Assembly: GCA_024650005.2 (NCBI GenBank)
Contig: CP122380.1
Location: 1,888,001-1,952,000 of the forward strand
Origin: Candidatus Bathyarchaeum tardum
GTDB lineage: Archaea; Thermoproteota; Bathyarchaeia; Bathyarchaeales; Bathyarchaeaceae
Reading direction: 5' to 3'
Length of the DNA stretch: 64,000 nucleotides
Shown: piece after piece, positions 48,481 to 58,201 of the stretch
How the letters are laid out: each line of letters starts with the position of its first letter
Position numbering within the stretch: the first letter of the stretch is position 1
The notes under the pieces: model-generated
What the model saw: only the letters and a program-made list of their open reading frames with translations
Told to the model about the DNA's origin: nothing
The model's database searches: none
Made by a program: the position numbers and the translations under genes

Positions 48481-49512
48481 CTATGTGAGTGGTTTGTTCT
48501 TTTTTGTTTTGAAATGAAGTACCATTGCTATTCCTAGGAAAGTAAAGGATAAGCACCAAAAGTATGGGTTATGAAGAGGCCCAATAACTTCGTACCAAAC
48601 GCTAGGATTTGCTTCGTATCCGCCAGTGAAATAATAAAGGATCACATTGAACAGGAAATAACTTCCTAAAGCAGTTACCAGTACGCTGATGTGTTTGAAT
48701 TCTAATTGAGTAGGCTTCTTTTGAATAGCGGGTAAGGTGAGTTTTAATCCAAATATAGCTAGTAGTAAAAGACCAAAAACTGTGACAACAAAACTAATGA
48801 AATTAAAGGGCAAAAGTAAAAACTCTAATCCAAATTGCTGATATGCCTTAGTAGTATAAGGAACCAAAACTCCAGCCCAAGACATGGAATAATTAAACCA
48901 AAAGACTACAAAAAGGTAAACTACGCCAGTAATGCATGCCCATTTAGTGATCTCTTGATTGCCTGCTTTGTGGTTAATTTTTTTTCTTAGATTTAGCAAA
49001 CTAGGAGTTACAATTAGAATCATTGATAGTAAGGGTACCCCAGCAACTAGGAGATAAACTAAAGCTGGAGTGCCATCAAAATAGTAAAGGGGCTCGTCTG
49101 AAAAAAAGTAGACAAAAGAACCGACAACAGAAAGACCTAAAGAAACGAAATGAATCGCCTCAAGAAGTAAAGCTTTAGTTACTGCTTTCTTAATCAGAGG
49201 AAACGCCAATTCTTCTTTTCTCCAAAACAAATAACCCGAATATGCTGCAAAACAACCAGCAAAAACCCGAAGAAAACCAGCTACAGTGCCAAAAACTCCT
49301 TCACTGCCATAATATAAAATGATCCACCACCAAGGATTCTTGCTCACTAAATTGTAGACGTACTGGTCAGAAATTAATCCAACAGTAAAAGTTAATCCAA
49401 AAATCAAAAAATATATAGCATATCCAAAATAGCAAAGAGTAACAATAAAAATCCAGAACCGATATGAACCTAATTGATTTTTTAGCCAGTTTCCCATATT
49501 CGATTCCCTCAA
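48481..49512 (-). CDS. Hypothetical multi-pass (about 8-TM) membrane protein
   Basis: Highly hydrophobic 343-aa ORF. Confidence 0.75.
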   Translation of the reverse strand: MRESNMGNWLKNQLGSYRFWIFIVTLCYFGYAIYFLIFGLTFTVGLISDQYVYNLVSKNPWWWIILYYGSEGVFGTVAGFLRVFAGCFAAYSGYLFWRKEELAFPLIKKAVTKALLLEAIHFVSLGLSVVGSFVYFFSDEPLYYFDGTPALVYLLVAGVPLLSMILIVTPSLLNLRKKINHKAGNQEITKWACITGVVYLFVVFWFNYSMSWAGVLVPYTTKAYQQFGLEFLLLPFNFISFVVTVFGLLLLAIFGLKLTLPAIQKKPTQLEFKHISVLVTALGSYFLFNVILYYFTGGYEANPSVWYEVIGPLHNPYFWCLSFTFLGIAMVLHFKTKKNKPLT

Positions 49513-49582
49513 ACAAATCCAGATTCAACTAGTTTTTTTCTTAAAATTTATTCACAAAGTTTTCGTATTTAGTTCTACTCAA

Positions 49583-49610
49583 GGAACAGTTTGTTCCAGA
49601 ACTGGAACAA
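49583..49610. promoter_or_regulatory. Triple half-site operator GGAACA/TGTTCC/GGAACA
   Basis: Perfect TTGTTCCAG-AA-CTGGAACAA (49591-49610) overlapping GGAACA-GTT-TGTTCC (49583-49597). Confidence 0.65.
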
Positions 49611-49622
49611 CAAAAAGTTAGT

Positions 49623-50069
49623 TTATGTCCAGTCAATTAATGGTTTGTGCTTTTTCCATTTAATTCCTTCAGCCAAGAACATTCCAGCAGATACTACTGT
49701 GACAACAGTTAGCAACCAAAATGAGCCTTCAACTGAGGTTGCAGCCAAAAGGTGAGGTATTAAAATACCAATTTCAATAATTAGTGCAACTAAGAAAACA
49801 AGTCCAAAAATAATAAAGCGAGGAATAAGGTGTTTTCTTATCCAAACATATCCATTGATTGCAATTTTTTCTTTAACAACATAATTACTGTAATTGTCCT
49901 TGTGCACCAAATCCATGTCTATGAGTTTTTGCAGATTCCTGTAGGCAACACTTGGGCTAGTTAGTTTTGCGCCTCGCATTACTTCTCGGGGGCCAACAGG
50001 TTTTCCAGTTTTAACTAAAAAAAGGTAAGTTCGCATTCCTGTTTTGGTTAGGTCTTCTTTATGTTGCAT
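49623..50069 (-). CDS. Winged-helix protein with two C-terminal TM helices
   Basis: GPREVMRGAKLTSPSVAYRNLQKL HTH followed by two hydrophobic segments. Confidence 0.75.
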   Translation of the reverse strand: MQHKEDLTKTGMRTYLFLVKTGKPVGPREVMRGAKLTSPSVAYRNLQKLIDMDLVHKDNYSNYVVKEKIAINGYVWIRKHLIPRFIIFGLVFLVALIIEIGILIPHLLAATSVEGSFWLLTVVTVVSAGMFLAEGIKWKKHKPLIDWT

Positions 50070-50166
50070 GAGTTGGTGACCTGCTTTCCAAGAAATATTC
50101 TATACTATTATCATTCTTTTAAGTAAATATGATAAAAAGCATTCTTCATTACATGGCAGAAATAAG

Positions 50167-50244
50167 TGGTGGGCCGGACCGGATTTGAACCGGCGACCTC
50201 AGCCGCGTAAGGGCTGCATCCTAACCGAGCTAGACAACCGGCCC
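50167..50244 (-). tRNA. tRNA-Val(TAC)
   Basis: GGGCCGG...CAGCC-CTTACGC-GGCTG...GTTCAAATC...CCGGCCCACCA. Confidence 0.95.
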
Positions 50245-50339
50245 ATGTTTTACAGTAAGATTTAGTTCTGTCTAATAAAAACTTGGTTTCTTTAGAACAG
50301 ATACTTTTTTTAGGTTTCTTGATGAACACAATAAACTAT

Positions 50340-50427
50340 GCGGGGTTCTCCTAGCCTGGTAGGGAGCAGGCCTGCTAAGTCTGTGGTCCGTAGGGCCACG
50401 CGGGTTCAAATCCCGCACCCCGCGCCA
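50340..50427 (+). tRNA. tRNA-Ser(GCT)
   Basis: GCGGGGT...CAGGC-CTGCTAA-GTCTG, long variable arm, G73-CCA. Confidence 0.95.
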
Positions 50428-50589
50428 TTTTGCATCTGTTAATATTGAGAGTTTTTTCTTGAGTTGGAACTTGTAGTTGTTTTGGTTTTCCACATTCTTT
50501 TGTTATTCAATTTTTGTGTTGTTTTTGAGTGATATAATGTTTTTATAATGTTGCAGTAAATTATATCCTGTTTACTAGGGGTTAAATCA

Positions 50590-51072
50590 ATGAAGTGTCC
50601 AGTTTATCGTAGTTGTGTTTTACTAGTTGAAGATGTTGAGAAATCAAAGCATTTTTACAATGTCGTTCTTGGTCAAAAGATTGTAATGGATTTTGGAGAA
50701 AACGTTGGTTTTGAAGGTGGTTTAGCTATTTGGGAGAAAGACTATGCCTTAAATTTGATTTTTCGAGATGAAGCAAAGAAAATCTGTGTTGGGTCTAATA
50801 ATTCTGAAATCTATTTTGAAACTGAAGACCTAGATAACTTGTATGAGCGGTTAATGAAACAAAAAGTAACGGCTATTCATCCAGTAACTGAACATCCATG
50901 GGGCCAAAGAGCCTTTAGAGTCAGAGACCCAGACGGTCACATAGTAGAGTTTGGGGAATCAATGGAAACTGTGGTTAGACGATTAAACATGAAAGGTTTG
51001 AGTCTAGAAGAAATTGCTAAAAAATCTTTGATGCCTGTAGAGTTCATTAAAATGGCTATAAACAAACAATGA
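50590..51072 (+). CDS. VOC/glyoxalase-family protein
   Basis: V.DVEKSK.FY..VLG, EHPWGQR.FRV.DPDGHIVE. Confidence 0.9.
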   Translation: MKCPVYRSCVLLVEDVEKSKHFYNVVLGQKIVMDFGENVGFEGGLAIWEKDYALNLIFRDEAKKICVGSNNSEIYFETEDLDNLYERLMKQKVTAIHPVTEHPWGQRAFRVRDPDGHIVEFGESMETVVRRLNMKGLSLEEIAKKSLMPVEFIKMAINKQ

Positions 51073-51110
51073 GTCTACAATACAACATGTGGCTTTTGAA
51101 AGGGTAATGT

Positions 51111-51548
51111 TTGTTATTAGTTCATGGTGAACTAGACTTGAAAGATAACTTTGATGCAAAACTAGTTAGTCAATGTGGAATCAACTGTGGAGCTTGTGTT
51201 GCCTTTTTTGGGTATACAATGGCTGGAAAAGAGCGATTACACCCTTGTCTGGGTTGTCGAACACGAAAATCCTTGTGTGCTTTTATTAAAAAAGGATGCA
51301 AACGGATAGCAGAAAAAAAGCCAGTTGATTACTGTTTTGATTGCTCAGATTTTGCATGTGAGAACCTAGCAAAGATTGACTACGTTTATCGTACAAAGTA
51401 CGAAATGAGTTTGATTGAAAACCTTAAGTTCATCAAGGAAAAGGGCATGGATGCATTTTTAGAAAATGAGAAACAAAAATGGACGTGTCCCAAATGTGGT
51501 GGAGTAATATGTATCCACACAAAACGATGCTACAGATGCAACCTGTGA
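51111..51548 (+). CDS. DUF3795-like Cys-rich protein
   Basis: CGINC..C, C.GC, YCFDC..F.C, WTCPKCGG..C.H...C..C. Confidence 0.75.
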   Translation: MLLVHGELDLKDNFDAKLVSQCGINCGACVAFFGYTMAGKERLHPCLGCRTRKSLCAFIKKGCKRIAEKKPVDYCFDCSDFACENLAKIDYVYRTKYEMSLIENLKFIKEKGMDAFLENEKQKWTCPKCGGVICIHTKRCYRCNL

Positions 51549-51551
51549 AAA

Positions 51552-52262
51552 CTATTTTTTCATTGCCTGTTTTCTTAGTTGAGGAGGCATTTTTTCGATA
51601 GCATATCTTAGTGCGGTTCGGGGCATTTTATCCTTGTTTTTCAGCACATATTCAAACACTTGTTTTTGGTGTTTTTTGCTTGCTTCTTTTAGCAGCCAGC
51701 CATATCCTTTCTGCACCAAATCATCCTTATCTTGCAGTAAACTTTCAGCGATTTCAAAAATATCTTCTAAAAATTTTCCTTTTCGGGCAGGCAAAATAAG
51801 AGTAACGGCTGCGCCTCTTCGCATCCATCGGTTGTTTGATTTGGTCCAGTTTTTGAGGTTTTCAATGTAATTTGGATATTTTTCGATAAATGAACCCATT
51901 GTGTGGTTGCATAGTGTGTCGCATTCTGCCCAGTTACTAACATAGCAGTTAAGCCATTTTTCAAAAACAAAAAAATCCTCAATTTCAAAGCGTTTTTTCA
52001 TGCAATCTGAACAAAAATATGCAATAAAAGCTTCTTCGATGTAACCAGATTTTAGTAGTTCTTCACACATTCCAAAAATTTTAGTTTTTTGTGAGTCTTT
52101 GATTTCCTTAAAAAAGTTTTTTGCAATAACTCTAACTTCTGGAACCCTTACGCCATAAACTTTTACGTCTTCTTTGAAAAAACGTCCAGAACCCTGCTTA
52201 TATTTTTCATCAACTTTAGATTGCAACTCTTTTCTTACTTGATTCACAGGATCCATAGCCAA
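51552..52262 (-). CDS. DNA alkylation repair protein (AlkD-like)
   Basis: GVRVP, NWAECD, W.RR, VQKGYGWLLKE, RTALRYAIEK. Confidence 0.9.
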   Translation of the reverse strand: MAMDPVNQVRKELQSKVDEKYKQGSGRFFKEDVKVYGVRVPEVRVIAKNFFKEIKDSQKTKIFGMCEELLKSGYIEEAFIAYFCSDCMKKRFEIEDFFVFEKWLNCYVSNWAECDTLCNHTMGSFIEKYPNYIENLKNWTKSNNRWMRRGAAVTLILPARKGKFLEDIFEIAESLLQDKDDLVQKGYGWLLKEASKKHQKQVFEYVLKNKDKMPRTALRYAIEKMPPQLRKQAMKK

Positions 52263-52263
52263 A

Positions 52264-53640
52264 TCAAAGCGCCCCTACAGCTTTGACGTTTTCTACTTTA
52301 ATCCAAGGTGCAACAAGCTGCCCAAGTTGTCGAACATTGTTTCCAAGACCAGAGATGTTTTTTATCACATCAAAGAAAACCCCAGTTATCATAACATCAC
52401 GCAGGGCATGAGTTACTGTGCCGTTTTCAATTTTCCATGCCGGAGTTGCCACTACAGAAAATTCGCCACTTTCGGGGTTGCTGCTGTGAGCACCTTGAAC
52501 ACCATAAACTATCAAACCGTCCTGAATTTGTTCAATCAGTTGGGCGGAGCTTTGATTTCCAGAAAGGAAAACAAAATTGTTTGCCTCAAGAACGGGGGTA
52601 GAAGCATAAGATTCTCCTCCAGACCTTGCGGCATTTCCTGTACTTTTTAGTCCAGCTTTATTTGCAGAATAGTTGTCATACAAGAAATTTTTCAGAACAC
52701 CATTTTCTATTACTGCCGTTTTCTGGCTGGGAACTCCCTCACCGTCAAACTTTCGCGTTAACAACCCACCTTCCAATAGACCATCATCATAAACAGTAAC
52801 AAGGTCTGAAGCAACCTGTTTACCAAGCATGTCTTTAAACGCAGATCGTTCCCGTAAAACAAAATCCCCCTTAATTGCATTAATAACAGTATAATACAAC
52901 AACGATCGAAACGCCGCCTGAGTAAAAATAACAGGAAACACACCAGAAGCCATTTTTTGTGCTTTTAAAGAAAAAACAACCTGCCTAGCAGCTTCAGTTC
53001 CAACCTTTACGGGGTCAATGCCAAAGTTTCTGCGAGTATCCATCTCGAAACAAGCGGGAGTAACATCTGTCCCATCACGGGCAATGGTTTCCATGGAACA
53101 TCCAACGGCAGTGCCCATGTCAGAAACTTCAATCCCATGAGAATTAACCACAACAGAACTAAAAACAGACGTTGCCACCCCACCATCAACAGCTAAAACC
53201 CGTTTATCATAACAGGTGACTGCATTTAACAGCGTAGATGCCATCTCTACTAACTGGTCAGATGTCATATCCTCCACTTTTTTGTCGTAAGTGCCTTTTG
53301 TTTCATAATATTTTCGGGGACTAGGAAGACTGACCCAACTGGGGTCAGGTTTGCTGGCTTTTGCTGCGTTGTAGGCTCGAATTGCGGTTTCTTCCACTGT
53401 TTTAGTTGTCAGAATGTTTGTGTAAGAAAAACCAACTGCCTTTTGGTAAATTGCCCGAACCCCTAGGCCTTGGTCGACACTTTTTTCGCTTCTAACTATT
53501 TGACCCCGTTCAATGTTTATGGACGTACCTGAAGAAAAACCAAGAAAGGCTTCGGCTTCTTGGGCTCCGCTTTTCAGGGCAAAATTTACTGCTTTTTTGC
53601 CTAACTCAATTAATTGCAACGTATTATGCTCCGCCACCAA
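52264..53640 (-). CDS. pmbA: TldE/PmbA family protein
   Basis: FDGEGVP, STGNA, SGEFS; lacks HExxxH. Confidence 0.92.
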   Translation of the reverse strand: MVAEHNTLQLIELGKKAVNFALKSGAQEAEAFLGFSSGTSINIERGQIVRSEKSVDQGLGVRAIYQKAVGFSYTNILTTKTVEETAIRAYNAAKASKPDPSWVSLPSPRKYYETKGTYDKKVEDMTSDQLVEMASTLLNAVTCYDKRVLAVDGGVATSVFSSVVVNSHGIEVSDMGTAVGCSMETIARDGTDVTPACFEMDTRRNFGIDPVKVGTEAARQVVFSLKAQKMASGVFPVIFTQAAFRSLLYYTVINAIKGDFVLRERSAFKDMLGKQVASDLVTVYDDGLLEGGLLTRKFDGEGVPSQKTAVIENGVLKNFLYDNYSANKAGLKSTGNAARSGGESYASTPVLEANNFVFLSGNQSSAQLIEQIQDGLIVYGVQGAHSSNPESGEFSVVATPAWKIENGTVTHALRDVMITGVFFDVIKNISGLGNNVRQLGQLVAPWIKVENVKAVGAL

Positions 53641-55015
53641 TTGTAATTTCTCCTACGCGTATGTGAGGACCGCCATCACAAATGAAAGCCGTTTGACCTT
53701 TACCGCACCTGCCGGGCCATAACTCAAAGTCTTTACCTACGGCATCAACCCTACGAAGAGTCTCAAGGGCGTTACCGCTAATCGAGGCGCTTCTAACAGG
53801 GGCACTAATTTCGCCTTTGATAATCTCGTATGCTTCTTGGATTCCTACCTGAAAGGTTCCATCCAAGTTCGCCTGACCACCCCGGAAACTTTTCAGGTAA
53901 TAACCAAAATCAACATCTTCAATTAGTTCCTCAAAACTGCTGTCTCCAGTAGCAAGGTACGTGTTACGCATCCTGATGATGGGCTCAACCCTGAAGTCTT
54001 CTGCCCGGGCGTTACCTGTTGGTTCCATGTTCAGTTTATGGGCAGTTTCACGGCTCTGCATAAGACCAATTAATGTTCCCTTTTGTATCAACGCAGTTTT
54101 TTGTGCCCGAACTCCTTCATCATCATACTTGAAAGAGCCAAAAGCGCCATCAACAGTCCCGTCATCATAAACTGTTACAACATCGGATGCAATCTTTTTT
54201 CCAACCTTGTCAAACAATACTGACCCCGACAAAGTCAAGTCTGCTTCTGCGAGATGTCCCATGGCTTCGTGGATGAAAACGCCTACAACGTTTGGACCAA
54301 TAACTGCTGGAAAAGTTCCACCTTTAGGAGTTTTAGCTTTCAGTTGGTCTACGGTGCGCTTTGCAACCATGGCTCCTAGTTTTTCAGGGGTTTGTGAATC
54401 AAAAACTTCGTAGCCTGCAGTTGAACCAATTTCTTCTCGTGCAGAGGCAAAAACGCTGGCTTCACGGGCAGATGCAAGAACACGTGACCAAACATACAGT
54501 TTGTCTTGTTGGATGCAGGTTCGGTCACTATTAACTAAATAGCTGGTTCCAGTTACGTCCAAGTAATTAATTGTGCAACTTTTTATTCGATTATCGTAAC
54601 CAAAAATTGCCTTGTCCATTTTTAGGGTGTTCTCAATTTTTTGTTCCATGGAAACGTCTTTGGGGTTCTTTTTTGGTTTAGCAACTACAGTATCTTCAAC
54701 TGCTTTTATGTCAGCAAGCGTTACAGGAGATTTAACATGCAAACTTGCTGCTCTTGCGAGCTTAACTGCTTCTTTTACAGATTCATGTAACAAGTTAGCT
54801 TCAAGGTTCCCAAGGGACACAAACCCCCATGCGCCCCCCACCAACACTCGGATTCCAGCTCCTGATTCGGTTCCGTCTTTTGCAGTTTCAACTATGCCGT
54901 CTTTTGTAGTCAAGCTAGTTTTGAACAAGTTTTGTGCCCTAACTTCAACATATTCTGCTCCGAGGCTTTGACCGTATTCAACAGTTTTCGCTAAAACATC
55001 CTTCAAAACATTCAA
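53624..55015 (-). CDS. tldD: TldD metalloprotease
   Basis: HEAMGHLAEAD, YDDEG, TGNAR, IRMRNT, CGKGQ. Confidence 0.94.
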   Translation of the reverse strand: MNVLKDVLAKTVEYGQSLGAEYVEVRAQNLFKTSLTTKDGIVETAKDGTESGAGIRVLVGGAWGFVSLGNLEANLLHESVKEAVKLARAASLHVKSPVTLADIKAVEDTVVAKPKKNPKDVSMEQKIENTLKMDKAIFGYDNRIKSCTINYLDVTGTSYLVNSDRTCIQQDKLYVWSRVLASAREASVFASAREEIGSTAGYEVFDSQTPEKLGAMVAKRTVDQLKAKTPKGGTFPAVIGPNVVGVFIHEAMGHLAEADLTLSGSVLFDKVGKKIASDVVTVYDDGTVDGAFGSFKYDDEGVRAQKTALIQKGTLIGLMQSRETAHKLNMEPTGNARAEDFRVEPIIRMRNTYLATGDSSFEELIEDVDFGYYLKSFRGGQANLDGTFQVGIQEAYEIIKGEISAPVRSASISGNALETLRRVDAVGKDFELWPGRCGKGQTAFICDGGPHIRVGEITIGGGA

Positions 55016-55069
55016 CGCCCTTTTTGTAATCCGATAAAGAACCTGTTCAGTCTTAAAACTGTTAGCAAC

Positions 55070-56365
55070 TTACATGAAATCGAACATGCTCTTTTGTTTG
55101 GGCTGCTCCGGCGGGACAACAGCAGTATTTTCTGTTTGTTTTTCGTCAAAAAGAACAAGCTCCCCATAGACCCCGTCATACCCGGGAGTAACGTGGGCTT
55201 TTTCTTCCCGTACTCGAACAATTGCATCAGCAATCCGTGGCTCAACAACGGCATTCATTTCTTCTTGGGGTGCATCAATTAGAACAGAGTATTCATCACC
55301 AAACTTTTCAATTAACGAGTCGTAAATTGCCCAAACTTTCTTTGTGGCAGGTGAGCTTACCCCCAATACAGCTTTTATTATTTCATGCAAAGGTAACAAC
55401 CGCTTGTAACCTATGGGATTTTCTGGAACGTAATCTGCTGGACGGTCTGCTAACTCTTCAATTCTTTGGTCTACGCCTCGGGTGAGTTTTCTGCCACACT
55501 CTGGACAGATATTACCGTACTTTATTGCTTCTGCAGGGGAAAAGGAAACCTTACATTTTCTGTGACCAGACCAATGATATTTTCCGTAAGCGGGGTCAGT
55601 TTCAATAGTAAACTTGAAGCGTTTGTTGTCTTTTTTGCGAAGGGTCTCAACTATTTCCATATAAGTTAATTTGGGTAATTCGAAAACGTTAGCTTCACGT
55701 CCAATTCTCCAAGGCCAATGGCTATGGCAGTCACTGTTAGAAATCAACGTGAAACGGTCTAGAGTACTTAGTCTCCAATTCATCGGCGGATCAGAAGAAA
55801 GCCCAGTTTCCAAGGCATGAATATGTTTAGTCATGTCTTCGTAGCAGTCTTCTACGGTGTCAAAGCCACTAAATGCTCCAAACAAACTAAACCAAGGAGT
55901 CCAAACGTGAGCCGGAATAACCTCATTTTGGTTACTGACTTGCATGATTTCTTCCACCAGCTGGGCAGAGGTCATCTCAAGAAAAGGTCTGCCATCAACA
56001 GTAAGGTCGCCATACTGTTTTAGTCGATCATTGATTTGGGAGGCAGTTTCAAGGTTAGGCGTGAAAATCACGTGGTGAATTCGTTTGTTTTTTTCATTTA
56101 CGTAATAGGTTGTGCAAACTTCTGCAGTTAACATGTAATGAACAGGGGACTCAGGTTTAGTAGCTGAACAATACAAATTGGTGCCTGAAACTTCAGATAA
56201 CTCTTCAGACAACTCATTAAACCAAGTTGGGTGGGTAAAATCTCCCGTGCCAACAAGGGTTAAGCCTTTAATTTTTGAATAATGCGTAATCTCATCTATG
56301 GTCATGTTCTGGCTTGTGGCACGACTAAATCTGCTATGAATATGAAGGTCGGCAATTACTCGAAT
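55070..56365 (-). CDS. Endonuclease Q family PHP-domain protein (probable ATT start)
   Basis: In-frame IRVIADLHIHSRFSRATS upstream of the ATG; GTGDFTHP, PAHVWTPW, ETGLSSD, SNSDCHS, GKYH..GHR.C, CPECG. Confidence 0.9.
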   Translation of the reverse strand: MRVIADLHIHSRFSRATSQNMTIDEITHYSKIKGLTLVGTGDFTHPTWFNELSEELSEVSGTNLYCSATKPESPVHYMLTAEVCTTYYVNEKNKRIHHVIFTPNLETASQINDRLKQYGDLTVDGRPFLEMTSAQLVEEIMQVSNQNEVIPAHVWTPWFSLFGAFSGFDTVEDCYEDMTKHIHALETGLSSDPPMNWRLSTLDRFTLISNSDCHSHWPWRIGREANVFELPKLTYMEIVETLRKKDNKRFKFTIETDPAYGKYHWSGHRKCKVSFSPAEAIKYGNICPECGRKLTRGVDQRIEELADRPADYVPENPIGYKRLLPLHEIIKAVLGVSSPATKKVWAIYDSLIEKFGDEYSVLIDAPQEEMNAVVEPRIADAIVRVREEKAHVTPGYDGVYGELVLFDEKQTENTAVVPPEQPKQKSMFDFM

Positions 56366-56619
56366 TTATTTCACGTTCCTTTTAGTTATCAATATTAGAG
56401 TTCGACTAGTACTGCTTAACAACTATTTCTTTGGGTGACATTTTTAAGATTTGGTTTATCCAGCATTTTTTCCGCAGGTTACGTCTAGCACACCAATCCC
56501 ACATTAAATAGTAAGAATTAGTCCCTGCAGTGAAACAATAATTTTGGAATACAATACACGTTTTAACTCTTATTGTTCTACTTTTTTCTGATAAGAACAA
56601 AAATCTTGCTTTTTAGCTA

Positions 56620-56784
56620 TTAAACTGGATTTAGTTGCCCTTTTTTGATTATTATGTTGCCTTTTTCGTCTTCGATATAAATTATGATATCGCCAATTTT
56701 TACGCGTAGTTTTTTCTGTATCTGTTTGATGACTGTTATTCGGTTGTTTGGTTGAATTTTGCTGCTTCCTAAGACCTTTTCCAA
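56620..56784 (-). CDS. AbrB/MazE-like swapped-hairpin DNA-binding protein, 54 aa, not in ORF track
   Basis: MEKVLGSSKIQPNNRITVIKQIQKKLRVKIGDIIIYIEDEKGNIIIKKGQLNPV. Confidence 0.75.
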   Translation of the reverse strand: MEKVLGSSKIQPNNRITVIKQIQKKLRVKIGDIIIYIEDEKGNIIIKKGQLNPV

Positions 56785-56953
56785 CAGTGAAGCCCGTTCA
56801 AAGATACTATGTTAATTGGTAGATAATGCTAAGTGGTAAAATGCCATAATGGTAATTTTAAATATTTGAAGCTAAGAAAACATGAATGTCTGAAGTCAAG
56901 TCCATCAGAGAGCGAATAATCAACGTTCAGCAAAGTTTAAGGAAAGAAACTTC

Positions 56954-58201
56954 ATGCGTGCTTGTATTCATCGTGGAAGCAACCAAATTGGAGGAAGTTG
57001 CGTAGAAGTAGAAAGCGTTGGTGAACGATTACTCATTGATTTGGGCTTACCGCTTGATGCAGAAAAAAATAGTATTCAGTATTTGCCTGAAATCTCAGGA
57101 TTAGACGGCAATGATTCATCATTATTGGGAATCTTAATTTCTCATCCTCACCTTGACCACTTCGGACTATTAGCGCATAGTGCTCCGCAAATTCCAGTTG
57201 GAATGGGACCTGCTGCTCGCCAAATCTTAATTGCTGCCACGCCTTTCTTGCCTGGCAACTGGCCTATTCCCGCACAGGGATGGGATTACCAAAATGGACA
57301 AAGCTTTGATGCAGGTTCTTTTCGTATTACCCCTTATCTTGTTGACCACTCCGCTTATGATGCCTATGCACTTCTAATTGAAAGCGGAAAAAAACGTCTT
57401 TTCTACAGCGGTGATTTGCGTACTCATGGTCGCAAAGGGGTTTTGGTCAAGCGCTTGGCTGCAAATCCCCCCAAGGATATAGATACGCTACTTTTAGAAG
57501 GCTCTTCACTGGGAAGGCTCAATTATAACCAACAGTTTCCCACAGAAGCTGAGGTTGAAACACAACTTGTGAAAGCCATTTTGGGTACAGAAGGTTTAGT
57601 GTTGGTTCATACTTCAGCTCAAAATATCGACCGTGTTGTCTCCATAATGCGAGCTTGTAAACGAACAGGAAGAAAACTGATTATCGACCTTTACACGGCT
57701 GCAATTCTAGAAGCAACGGGCAACCAAAATATTCCCCAATCCAACTGGCCAGATGTCGAGTTGTTTATTCCTCAAGCTCAACGTATCCAAATTAAAGTAA
57801 ACGCTTGGTTTGACCTGCTCAAACATCATGCAACGAATCGAATTTTCATTGAAGATTTGCGAGAGGCTCAGAACAAGTCCGTTTTGCTTTTTCGGCCATT
57901 GCATTGTCGTGACCTTGAAAGGGGAGATTGCCTGAAAGGAGCCGTTTACATCTATTCTCAATGGGAAGGATACTGGGAAAAAGATGCCTACAAAAAACTG
58001 AAAGAATGGTTAGAACGACACGCCATCTCGAAAACTAGTATTCACACTTCAGGACATGCAAGCCCCAAAGAGCTTAAGAAAATCGTGGAAGCCATCAATC
58101 CTCGCAAGGTTGTTCCAATCCACACCTTTTTCCCTGAACGATATTGCGAGTTATTTCCTAATGTGGAAGTTCATGAGGACGGCGAATGGTGGGCAATATA
58201 A
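56954..58201 (+). CDS. MBL-fold metallo-hydrolase, RNase J/beta-CASP-like
   Basis: IGGSCVE, SHPHLDH (HxHxDH), VDHS, YSGD.R.HG, NIDR, HTSGHA, VPIHT. Confidence 0.9.
   Translation: MRACIHRGSNQIGGSCVEVESVGERLLIDLGLPLDAEKNSIQYLPEISGLDGNDSSLLGILISHPHLDHFGLLAHSAPQIPVGMGPAARQILIAATPFLPGNWPIPAQGWDYQNGQSFDAGSFRITPYLVDHSAYDAYALLIESGKKRLFYSGDLRTHGRKGVLVKRLAANPPKDIDTLLLEGSSLGRLNYNQQFPTEAEVETQLVKAILGTEGLVLVHTSAQNIDRVVSIMRACKRTGRKLIIDLYTAAILEATGNQNIPQSNWPDVELFIPQAQRIQIKVNAWFDLLKHHATNRIFIEDLREAQNKSVLLFRPLHCRDLERGDCLKGAVYIYSQWEGYWEKDAYKKLKEWLERHAISKTSIHTSGHASPKELKKIVEAINPRKVVPIHTFFPERYCELFPNVEVHEDGEWWAI

Noticed and set aside
50167-50427. tRNA-Val/Ser as integration sites
   Set aside because: No duplicated 3' ends or integrase found nearby; att-like copies match tRNA-Pro better
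52264-55015. TldD/E as RiPP maturation genes
   Set aside because: No YcaO or precursor nearby; usual housekeeping pair
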